Assembly (NCBI GenBank): GCA_964291405.2
Contig: OZ219926.1
Location: 1,632,001 to 1,696,000 of the forward strand
Length of the DNA: 64,000 nucleotides
From: Thermodesulfobacteriota bacterium
Lineage (GTDB): Bacteria; Desulfobacterota; Binatia; Bin18
Direction: 5' to 3'
Shown here one piece after another: positions 18,733 to 27,348 of the stretch (positions are counted from its first letter, which is position 1; the number at the start of each line of letters is the position of its first letter). The translations under genes and the position numbers were made by a program. A model generated the notes under the pieces. The model worked only from the letters and a program-made list of their open reading frames with translations, did not search any database and had not been told where the DNA came from.

Positions 18733-20805
18733 ATGGACATCAACTCTGATGCGGTGTCTCTCTACGCAATGATTCTCGGCGTGATCGGGCTCATCGTGGC
18801 GTTTATTATTTTCAAGTCCGTTTCCAGTCAGCCTAGCGGCAGTGACCGCATGCAGGAGATTGCCAGCTCTATCTATGAAGGGGCCATGGCTTTTCTCAGG
18901 CGTGAATATCGAATCCTGATCATCTTCGTGCTGGTCGTCTTCGGCCTGCTCGCCTGGCAGGTCGCGCTTGAGACCGGTATCGCCTTTCTGACCGGTGCGA
19001 TCTGTTCTGCGCTGGCCGGCTATCTCGGTATGCAGTCGGCCACCAAGGCGAACGTCCGCACCTCTGAGGCCGCCAGGGCAGAGGGCGAGGGAGCCGCGCT
19101 GCTGGTGGCCTTCAATGGCGGGGCGGTCATGGGCCTGTCGGTCGCCAGCCTCGGCCTGCTCGGGGTCGGCGCTTTTCTCAGCCTGTACTCTGACCCGGCA
19201 ACCTCAACATACATCAGTGGCTTTGCCATGGGCGCGAGTTCCATCGCTCTGTTTGCTCGGGTCGGGGGCGGTATTTATACCAAAGCCGCGGACGTCGGCA
19301 GCGACCTGGTCGGCAAGGTTGAGGCCGGTATCCCCGAAGATGACCCCCGTAATCCCGGTGTGATTGCCGATAATGTCGGGGATAATGTCGGCGATGTGGC
19401 TGGTATGGGCGCGGATATTTTCGAGTCCTATGTGGGTTCCATCATTGCCACGATTGCGATCGGCGCGACGGTCATCGTGGGAAGCGATGTCTGGAACAAA
19501 CTAGGCGACGCGGGGGTGGAAGAAGCCGTGTTGCGCAATGCCCTCATGGCCCTGCCACTCAGCATGGCTGTCGTCGGCCTGCTGGCCTCCTTTCTGGGCA
19601 TCTTCTCGATGAAGGCGCTCAAGAACGTCGGGCCGCAGAACGCGCTGCGCTATTCCGGGTTCATTGCCGCGGGTGTGTTCATTATTGCGGCGCTCGTTCT
19701 GGTGAATGTCCTTCCCGTGGCGACCGGTATTTTCTGGGCGGTGGCGTCGGGTTGCGTAGTCGGTGTCGGAATCGGCCTGATCACCGAGTACTACACCTCG
19801 GCCTCGCCCGTAGCCCGGGTGGCAGAAGCCAGCAAGACGGGCTATGCCACCAACATCATTCACGGCCTGGCGGTCGGTCTGGAAAGCTGCGCACTGCCCG
19901 TCCTGGCCATTTGCGCTGCTATTTTTATTGCCAACCACTTTGCCGGCCTGTACGGCATTGGGATTGCCGGCGTCGGCATGCTGGCGACCGTAGGCGTTAC
20001 CATGTCTGTCGACGCCTACGGCCCCGTGGCAGACAACGCGGGTGGTATTTCCGAGATGGCCGAACTCGGCCCGGACGTCCGCAAGATTACTGACGGCCTG
20101 GACGCCCTGGGTAATACCACTGCAGCAATGGGAAAAGGCTTTGCAATCGGCTCTGCCGCCCTGACTGCCCTGGCCCTGTTTTCCGCGTTCACCCAAGCTG
20201 TTGACCAGAATCGACTGGCGGCGGGAATGGACCCGCTGCTCATCGTGGTAACCGATCCGGTCGTGGTCATTGGTCTGCTTCTGGGCGGGATTCTGCCGTT
20301 CTTTATCGGAGCCCTGACCATGACCGCGGTGGGCCGGGCAGCCGGTCAGATGGTAGATGAAATCCGGCGGCAGTTCCGCGAAATTCCCGGCCTGCTCGAA
20401 GGCAAGGAAGGCGCTCGGCCGGACGCGGCCCGCTGCGTGGATATTTCAACCGCAGCCGCCCTCAAGGAAATGATTCTGCCCGGTCTGACCGCGGTGATCG
20501 CTCCGGTCGTGGTCGGTCTGGTTCTTGGCGCCGCGGCTCTGGGTGGCATGCTCGCCGGGGCAACTGTTACCGGCGTGTTGCTGGCCCTGTTTATGGCCAA
20601 CGCGGGCGGCGCCTGGGACAACGCCAAAAAATCGATCGAAAAGGGCGAGGTTGAGGGCGAGGCCAAAGGCTCGGAAGCCCACAAGGCCACCGTCGTGGGC
20701 GACACGGTCGGCGACCCGCTGAAAGACACCTCGGGCCCCTCGCTCAACATCCTGATCAAGCTGATGGCGGTCGTGGCCCTGGTGATTGCGCCGCTGCTGG
20801 TATAG
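18733..20805 (+). CDS. hppA: Membrane-integral pyrophosphatase, K+-dependent type (probably Na+-translocating)
   Basis: [29 protein letters not shown] and [14 protein letters not shown] motifs. GNTTAA (Ala rather than Lys) marks K+ dependence. SD GAGGAGG. Confidence 0.95.
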   Translation: MDINSDAVSLYAMILGVIGLIVAFIIFKSVSSQPSGSDRMQEIASSIYEGAMAFLRREYRILIIFVLVVFGLLAWQVALETGIAFLTGAICSALAGYLGMQSATKANVRTSEAARAEGEGAALLVAFNGGAVMGLSVASLGLLGVGAFLSLYSDPATSTYISGFAMGASSIALFARVGGGIYTKAADVGSDLVGKVEAGIPEDDPRNPGVIADNVGDNVGDVAGMGADIFESYVGSIIATIAIGATVIVGSDVWNKLGDAGVEEAVLRNALMALPLSMAVVGLLASFLGIFSMKALKNVGPQNALRYSGFIAAGVFIIAALVLVNVLPVATGIFWAVASGCVVGVGIGLITEYYTSASPVARVAEASKTGYATNIIHGLAVGLESCALPVLAICAAIFIANHFAGLYGIGIAGVGMLATVGVTMSVDAYGPVADNAGGISEMAELGPDVRKITDGLDALGNTTAAMGKGFAIGSAALTALALFSAFTQAVDQNRLAAGMDPLLIVVTDPVVVIGLLLGGILPFFIGALTMTAVGRAAGQMVDEIRRQFREIPGLLEGKEGARPDAARCVDISTAAALKEMILPGLTAVIAPVVVGLVLGAAALGGMLAGATVTGVLLALFMANAGGAWDNAKKSIEKGEVEGEAKGSEAHKATVVGDTVGDPLKDTSGPSLNILIKLMAVVALVIAPLLV

Positions 20806-20829
20806 CCGTCGTTTTACCGTGCAGCATCT

Positions 20830-20860
20830 AAGGGCGGGTACCAGGTACCCGCCCTTTTTT
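20830..20860 (+). terminator. Intrinsic terminator after hppA
   Basis: AAGGGCGGGTACC-A-GGTACCCGCCCTT followed by more T's. Confidence 0.9.
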
Positions 20861-20886
20861 GTTTGGGGTGTTGGCGGGCAAACTTA

Positions 20887-20957
20887 TTGACAAAGCAAGC
20901 CAATCGTATAGTCTTGGCTTCCCTAGTTGAAATTGATATTCATTATCAACTAGGGAA
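20887..20957 (+). promoter_or_regulatory. Sigma70 promoter plus Fur box
   Basis: TTGACA (20887) N16 TAGTCT. GAAATTGATATTCATTATC (20929-47) matches GATAATGATAATCATTATC at 16/19 and is embedded in the IR TTCCCTAGTTGA...TCAACTAGGGAA. Confidence 0.85.
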
Positions 20958-21069
20958 AGAGACGGTAGAAATTGCGGCCAAGAAGGCCGCTAACCAATCG
21001 TTGAGGCCCGAGGTTCCCACACCCAGAGCCCGTAAGGACAGCAATCCTTGCGGGCTTTTTTTATGTCTC
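20921..21069 (+). ncRNA. Candidate Fur-regulated sRNA or attenuating leader, copy 1
   Basis: Ends in AGCCCGTAAGGA-CAGCAA-TCCTTGCGGGCT plus a T-tract, about 40 nt before exbB. Homologous to 30189-30285 (-). Confidence 0.55.
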
Positions 21070-21102
21070 AGAGTCATTCGTCCGGTGCGAGGTATTGGCC
21101 CC

Positions 21103-21786
21103 ATGTATGCTGAATTGACAAGATTTTTAAGTGTCGGCGGGCCGGTTATCGGCCTGCTTATTTGCCTGTCGGTGGGTGCCCTGACCGTCATTCTGATCAA
21201 GCTGTGGCAATGGCGGCGGCAGCGACCCTGGCCGCGTGACATCACGGAACAGGCCCTTGCGAATCTGGAATACGGTGAGCGGACTCTGGCCATCAACCTG
21301 TTACAGGGTCAGCGGAACTATCAGGCTCGACTCATCAGCCACACGCTGCAACTGCTCGAAACCGGCGCGCTCTCCATTGAGGAGCTCAAGGATGAATCCA
21401 GGCGATTGGCACGTTCGTTCGTCGCCAAGCTGGACAGTTACGTACGCATCCTGGAAGTAATCGCGTCGTTAGCCCCCCTGCTGGGATTATTTGGAACCGT
21501 CCTCGGCATGATTGACGCCTTTCAGGCCATGGAGGCCGCGGGCACACAGGTCAATCCGAGCGTCCTTTCGGGTGGTATCTGGAAGGCATTGCTCACAACC
21601 GCAGCCGGACTCGCCATCGCCATTCCGGTCTCAATGGCGAACAGTTGGTTTGAACGCAGGATTGAGGTTGAGGCAACCGCCATGCTGGACCGGCTGGAGC
21701 GTATTTTCACTCTTGAGGCGAAAAAGCGGGCCGAACACAGGGTCGAACATCTGCACGTGCAGCCCGGCTCCCGGCTGGCAGGATGA
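21103..21786 (+). CDS. exbB: MotA/TolQ/ExbB proton channel protein
   Basis: APLLGLFGTVLGMI and GIWKALLTTAAGLAIAIP; ATG21103 follows GAGG. Confidence 0.9.
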   Translation: MYAELTRFLSVGGPVIGLLICLSVGALTVILIKLWQWRRQRPWPRDITEQALANLEYGERTLAINLLQGQRNYQARLISHTLQLLETGALSIEELKDESRRLARSFVAKLDSYVRILEVIASLAPLLGLFGTVLGMIDAFQAMEAAGTQVNPSVLSGGIWKALLTTAAGLAIAIPVSMANSWFERRIEVEATAMLDRLERIFTLEAKKRAEHRVEHLHVQPGSRLAG

Positions 21787-22196
21787 ACGAGACGCCGCTG
21801 TATTATCCACGCCGCCAGCCCATCAGCCTTACCCCGCTGATCGATGTGGTGTTCATTTTGCTGATGTTCTTCATGTTGACGTCTACTTTTACGCGCTGGA
21901 AGGCGGTTGACCTGCGGTTGCCCGTCGCCAGTTCCGACGCCAGCCCGAAGAAACCCCAGGCGTTACTCCTGTATACGGATGGCTCGATCTCGTTGCGCGG
22001 ACGCCCGTTTCAGCTTTCGGACCCCGACGCGGAAGCGGCTCTCTCCGTCGCCCTTGATCCCGCTCGACCGGTCGTTGTGTTTCCCGAAGCCGACACCCGC
22101 GTGCAAACCATTATCTCCACCTTCGAGGGGCTCACCGCGGCAGGTGTTTCGGGCGCCGTTTTGGGAGTAGCCCTGGAACGGGAGGCAGAAGATTGA
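21783..22196 (+). CDS. exbD: Biopolymer transporter ExbD
   Basis: ISLTPLIDVVFILLMFFML with the conserved TM Asp. Confidence 0.9.
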   Translation: MNETPLYYPRRQPISLTPLIDVVFILLMFFMLTSTFTRWKAVDLRLPVASSDASPKKPQALLLYTDGSISLRGRPFQLSDPDAEAALSVALDPARPVVVFPEADTRVQTIISTFEGLTAAGVSGAVLGVALEREAED

Positions 22197-22639
22197 ATCC
22201 TCGTCGGGCCGACATCCTCCTCACACACGTCAATCTACGCCGAGGACGGAGCAGTGATATTGGCGTGATTCCGCTGATAAACATCGTCCTGCTGCTGCTG
22301 ATTTTCTTTTTGATTGCCGGCCAAATGGCCGACCGGCGGGACCAACAGGGCTTCCAACCTCCGACTTCCGTCAGCAACAAACCCATCCGCCACCAACCCA
22401 TTACGCTGTCGCTGAATACACGCCGACAGCCTGCCCTCAACGGAAAGGAGCTTTCGTTCGAGGCCCTCGGTTCGGCCCTGCAAGTCGCGCTGGCCGACGA
22501 CACCCAACAGGTGGCACTGAAAATAGACCGGGACGTAACGGCCGGCACGCTCGACAAGCTCCTGGATGTCATTCGCTCCCACAATGTCACGACGGTAATG
22601 CTGTACAGCGTGAATGCGGAGGACCGGAGCCAGCCATGA
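22193..22639 (+). CDS. exbD: Second ExbD (TM Asp replaced by Asn)
   Basis: IPLINIVLLLLIFFLIAG and LKIDRD; 4-nt overlaps with both neighbours. Confidence 0.85.
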   Translation: MNPRRADILLTHVNLRRGRSSDIGVIPLINIVLLLLIFFLIAGQMADRRDQQGFQPPTSVSNKPIRHQPITLSLNTRRQPALNGKELSFEALGSALQVALADDTQQVALKIDRDVTAGTLDKLLDVIRSHNVTTVMLYSVNAEDRSQP

Positions 22640-23511
22640 AATACCTGCACTGGGGTTTCGCGTTCGGGGCCGCGCTCGGAATTCATCTCGTGAGTGCGTA
22701 TGCATATTTCAATTGGGTCCCCCAACAGTCCCAACCGCGTGGGGCGATTGACTTGGGTGAAGGCGGGGTCGAGATCGGCCTGGGCCGGATTGGCTCGTAT
22801 GCAGACCTGACCGAGCGACCCGTAGTGCCGTCCGTATCCGACCAAGCCAAAACCAACGCCGCGCAGCAGGAAACAGATCCGGGGTCACAAAACGTCGAGG
22901 TCAAACCGTCTCCCCCTGCACAACCCCTGCCGGATATGAAGCCGGTAGAGGTTCCCGCTCCCGAGCCTCCGGTCGTCCCGGTCGAAAAACAGGCAGTGGT
23001 GGCTAAACGACCACCGGTCGAACCGTCAGAAACCCTCCCCCGTCCTCCCGAACCTGAGCAACCGATGCAGACAAAGCCGAGTCCCCAATATGAGGCTGCG
23101 TCCAGTCTACCGACCAGCCCTGACGTATCGACCCAAGCCGCGCCCAGCCCACGCTCATCCGTGGCGATGCGCGCGACTGGAAAACGGCAACGTCCGACTT
23201 TAGGCGGACGGGTCGGCAACCCAAAAGACTATTTCAGCTTGCTCATCGCTTGGCTAAACCAACACAAAGACTATCCCCCCGCGGTCAAGAAGAAAAAACA
23301 GCAGGGCACGGTAGTCTTGGCGTTTTCCATTGACCGCAGCGGCACCGTGCTCACCTCCCGCGTCCAAGAAAGTTCCGGCTATCCGTTATTGGATCAGGCT
23401 GCGCTCGACATGCTGGCCCGAGCCAACCCGCTGCCGGCCATGCCCGACTCCATGCCGCGCCAACGCCTGCGCCTGGCGGTGCCCATCGAATATTCGCTGG
23501 TAACGGAATAG
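22636..23511 (+). CDS. tonB: Energy transducer TonB
   Basis: TM segment with His (ALGIH), Pro-rich linker, and C-domain YP...QGTVVLAFSIDRSG...SSGYPLLDQAA. Confidence 0.92.
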   Translation: MKYLHWGFAFGAALGIHLVSAYAYFNWVPQQSQPRGAIDLGEGGVEIGLGRIGSYADLTERPVVPSVSDQAKTNAAQQETDPGSQNVEVKPSPPAQPLPDMKPVEVPAPEPPVVPVEKQAVVAKRPPVEPSETLPRPPEPEQPMQTKPSPQYEAASSLPTSPDVSTQAAPSPRSSVAMRATGKRQRPTLGGRVGNPKDYFSLLIAWLNQHKDYPPAVKKKKQQGTVVLAFSIDRSGTVLTSRVQESSGYPLLDQAALDMLARANPLPAMPDSMPRQRLRLAVPIEYSLVTE

Positions 23512-23534
23512 CGCCAGAATAACGGACGCGGCGC

Positions 23535-24134
23535 ATGAACGTGGACACACGCAATTTGAATCCCCCTCCGCCACGCAGACACTTGGTTGTCACCTGTCTC
23601 GTGGCTGTTGCGTTAGCGCTGAATGTTGTCCTTGTGATGTTGGCTCCCCCGGTCTCAGCCCAAGAAGCTCAGGCCACGATCACCCTGGACGTCCTCCACA
23701 TTCAGGGCCGCGTCATTGGAGAGCCCGACTGCATCACGTTTCGACACAGTCGAGCTCGTGACAGCTTCTGTGTCAGCCTTCACACACCTGACTACCGACC
23801 AAGGAGACGGTCCGGTCAACAACCCGAAGCAAAGGCTGCGCGCCCAGGCGACTACCCAAGCCAGCTTCTGGCACGGCTGAGCCAATACAAAAACTATCTG
23901 CCAGCACTGCGAAAAAAGCGGCAACAGGGCACCGTGGTGTTGGCGTTCTGCATTGACCGCAGCGGCTCAGTGCTCGCCTCCCATGTCCGAGAAAGTTCGG
24001 ACCATCCGCTGCTGGACCAAACCGCACTTGACCTGTTGGTCAAAGCCAGTCCACTACCGGCCATGCCGGATTCCACAACGCACGAGCGCCTGCATTTCGT
24101 GCTGCCAGTCAAGTTCTCCCTGACCACACGATGA
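23535..24134 (+). CDS. Chimeric TonB C-terminal-domain protein with receptor-like N-terminus
   Basis: The C-terminal ~94 aa align with the upstream TonB C-domain. The N-terminus aligns with the signal peptide/TonB-box region of the downstream receptor. Confidence 0.7.
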   Translation: MNVDTRNLNPPPPRRHLVVTCLVAVALALNVVLVMLAPPVSAQEAQATITLDVLHIQGRVIGEPDCITFRHSRARDSFCVSLHTPDYRPRRRSGQQPEAKAARPGDYPSQLLARLSQYKNYLPALRKKRQQGTVVLAFCIDRSGSVLASHVRESSDHPLLDQTALDLLVKASPLPAMPDSTTHERLHFVLPVKFSLTTR

Positions 24135-24163
24135 CAAATGTCCACACACGGAAGGAGCAAAGC

Positions 24164-25567
24164 ATGAAGCACAAGAAAAAGAGAGCAGGAAAGGTGAAGA
24201 AACCGCTGGAACCGTGCCGGTCCGCCACCTCTACTATGACCAATAATGCGGTCGCCCTGAGCATTTCCGCAGTGATGTTGGGTGGCACGGCCCTGGCCCA
24301 GGAGGCCCAGGACGAAGAGGAGGCCGTCTTGCTGGACAAAGTCCAGATTCAGGACCGTACAATCGATACCAACCCCTATGCCGAGTCCGGCGTGCCGTAT
24401 AAGGCCCGCGTCTCGGGTGACCTGCGCCGCCTGGAGGAACTGGCCGACACGCCCCAGACCATGACCGTACTGACCCAGACCCAGATCGAAGATTCAGGCA
24501 AATCCGATTTGCGTGAGATATTATCCGCTCAGCCCGGTATCACCTTGGGAACGGGTGAGGGCGGCAACGCCTTTGGCGACCGTTATATCATTCGTGGTCA
24601 CGAAGCCCGTAGCGACGTGTTCGTAGACGGCATGCGCGACCCCGGCATGACCATCCGCGAGAGCTTCGCTCTGGAACAGGTCGAAATCACCAAAGGTCCC
24701 AGCTCGACCTTTGCCGGTCGCGGCTCGACGGGTGGGGCCATCAACGGCATCACCAAACAGGCCAGCAGCGAATACGATTTCGTCAAGTTTCAAGGCGGCC
24801 TGGGTACCGACGAGTATTACCGGGTGCATCTGGACGCCAATAAACGTTTCACCGATGAACTGGCCGTACGGGCCAACCTGCTGTACGCCAACGAGGAAGT
24901 GCCGGACCGGGCACCCGCAGAACGTTTGCGCCGCGGCGCGGCGGTGTCCGGCAGATACGACCCCACGGACAATAAGTTCTACCTGTCCTTTGATTATTAT
25001 TTTCTTGATGCGGAGGACGACCCTGACCTCGGGACCCAGATTGAACAGTTCGGCAACCCCTTTGATGATATTCCGGTCTATCTGCAAAAGGACCGCGATT
25101 TTCTCAAGTCGGAGGTGCATACTTTTACGTTTCGGGGCGGCTATGAATTCAACGATAATTTCCGGCTGGAAAGCGTCACCCGCTATGGATTCACCGACAA
25201 CGGCTACGTGCTGACCGGAACCAGCGCCTTCTGGAAGCTGACCGGCACGGATCAAGTGGCGTGGCGGTTGAGCCAAAAAGACGGCTGGCAGGAGGTGGAC
25301 TATGTTGCCACCCAACTCAATGCCTTTCTGGACACTGGTCTGAGTTTTACCCAGCACGGTCTACTCTTGGGTGTGGAGTACTCGGAACATAATGTGCTCA
25401 ACGGACGCTATAATGTCGACCCCAGAGGCACACCCAATTGCGATGTCGAGGGGGTCTGGCGCGGCACGCTGTACAGCCGCCCCGGCAGTTATTGCATGTA
25501 CGATAACAGCGGCAATCTGACCGCCAACCTGAACAGCTTCATGGACCTCGCCATCAGCCGGGGCGAC
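24164..25567 (+). pseudogene. 3'-truncated Fiu/PiuA-like TonB-dependent siderophore receptor
   Basis: PGITLGTGEGGNAFGDRYIIRG and QVEITKGPSSTFAGRGSTGGAIN motifs. Receptor-like sequence stops at ISRGD; the ORF then runs antisense through hmuU to 26509. Confidence 0.85.
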
Positions 25568-26500
25568 AACGGTGCGAGCCAGCGTGTCGGCCACCAGCAG
25601 CAGGGTCGCACCCAGCAGAGCGGAGGCCGGAATCAACAGGCGGTGGTCCGGCCCGATGGTGAGGCGGATCATATGCGGTACGACCAGGCCCACGAAGCCG
25701 ATGATCCCGCTCGTTGCTACCGCAGCGCCGACCGCAAGGGCGACACAGATGGTCACGTTGCGTTTCAGCTGTTCACTATTGATACCGAGATAGCGCGCTT
25801 CATCCTCGCCGAGCAGCAGGATATTCAGTTTTTGGGCATTCCGAATCAGCAGCAGCGTTGCCGGCAGGACGAGCGTGGTGGCCACACTGAGTGTGGGCCA
25901 GAGGGCCGCGCCGAGGCTACCCATGGTCCAGAACGTCAAGGCGCGCAACTGGGTATCGTCGCTCAGATAGGTCAGGAAGCCGGTTCCGGCTCCGCTCAGC
26001 GCGTTGATGGCAATACCGGCCAGCAGCATATAGGTGACGGAAAAGGTTTCCATCTGTCGGGCCAGCCGAAAAATCAGCAGACAGGCCAGCAGCCCGCCGA
26101 TAAAGGCGGCGATACTCAGCCCGTACAAGCCCAGCGTACCCGTCAGAGGTCCGGCCCAGACGATCATGACCGCAACGGCCAGGGCCGCGCCGCTGGCAAT
26201 GCCGATCAGGCCGGGGTCGGCCAGAGGGTTGCGGAACAAGCCCTGCAAGGCCGCACCGGAAACGGCCAGGGCCGCGCCGACAACGCTGGCCAGCAGCACA
26301 CGCGGCAGCCGGATGGAGAAGAGGACGGCTTCCTGCTGCGTATTCAGGCTGCCGTCGAACAGCGCAACGACCGGCACGGACACCGCACCGATGCATGCAG
26401 CCGTAAGGGCAGTCAGGACGAATACCCCGCCCAGCAGCACCAACACGATCGCCCGAAGCCGCAGGAAGGGCAATACCACTGGTTTCGCTGCCCCGCTCAC
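25554..26500 (-). pseudogene. hmuU: 3'-truncated heme ABC transporter permease (FecCD family)
   Basis: IRLPR, LQGLFRNPLADPGLIG and IGFVGLVVPH motifs. After ADTLARTVVAPA the expected last TM (ELP.G..TA..GAPFF) is missing, and the ORF reads on to 25361 antisense to the receptor. Confidence 0.85.
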
Positions 26501-27348
26501 AAGCCCTGATACGCCTCGTGCAGTGTGGCCGCAGCTTGCACGGTACGCGGGCCAAACCCCAGCAACAGCAGGGCATCCATGACGATCAGGCTGCCGGTCC
26601 TGGCGGCCGGCGTGAGGGACAGCCCTGGAGCGGTCAGCAGGGCGTCCTTGCCGCCGGCCTGCGCAAGCCCCCGGGCCGTGGTGAGAATCACGTCCGGCTG
26701 CAGGGCGGCCGCGGCCTCCGGCGTAAGGGGCTTGTAGCCGGCATAGCCGGAGACGGCGTTCCGGGCACCCGAGAGTCTGATGATGCTGTCCGCGGCAGTC
26801 TCTCGGCCGGCCGCCATCGGCGCGCCGCCGCCATGCTGGAGAATGAAAAGTACCCGTTTGTCAGTCGGGTGCCCGGCCGTGACTTTTGCCAACTCGGCAG
26901 TCTGATGGTCAATGGCATCAGTCAGGGCGCTACCCGCTCGTTCTTTTTTCAGGGCGCTGGCAATCACCCGGATGGCGTCCCGTACATCCGCCAGCGAACG
27001 GCCGGCCCTCAGACTCAGGATCGGAATATTGGCCGCCTGCAACTGTGCCAGCACGGCCGGCGGTCCAGCTTCTTCGGTCAGAATCACGAGGTCGGGATAC
27101 AGCGAGACAATCCCCTCCGCGGACAGGGTGCGCTGATAACCGACCTTAGGCAGGCGTTCGGCTTCCGGCGGATAATAACTGGTGGTGTCGTTACCGACCA
27201 GCATCTCCTGCGCTTCCAGCGCATAGACGATTTCCGTCAGGGCTCCGCCAATGGTGACAACGCGGCGCGGCGCCTCGGCAAGGGCCGGCAACGCAAAAAA
27301 GATCAACCCCCAGGCCAGAATGAGACGCCGAACGGAGTCCGCTACCAT
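26497..27348 (-). CDS. hmuT: Heme ABC transporter periplasmic binding protein
   Basis: RVVTIGGALTEIVYAL, VGYQRTLSAEG (Tyr heme ligand) and LLGFGPR. Confidence 0.9.
   Translation of the reverse strand: MVADSVRRLILAWGLIFFALPALAEAPRRVVTIGGALTEIVYALEAQEMLVGNDTTSYYPPEAERLPKVGYQRTLSAEGIVSLYPDLVILTEEAGPPAVLAQLQAANIPILSLRAGRSLADVRDAIRVIASALKKERAGSALTDAIDHQTAELAKVTAGHPTDKRVLFILQHGGGAPMAAGRETAADSIIRLSGARNAVSGYAGYKPLTPEAAAALQPDVILTTARGLAQAGGKDALLTAPGLSLTPAARTGSLIVMDALLLLGFGPRTVQAAATLHEAYQGL

Noticed and set aside
20863-21102. N-terminal extension of ExbB or a leader peptide
   Set aside because: It spans the promoter, Fur box and terminator, and is not similar to the ORF across copy 2 (30057-30302).
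25568-26509. Gln/Gly/Arg-rich C-terminal 'domain' of the 792-aa receptor ORF
   Set aside because: It is the antisense reading of hmuU beyond the deletion junction, not a real domain.
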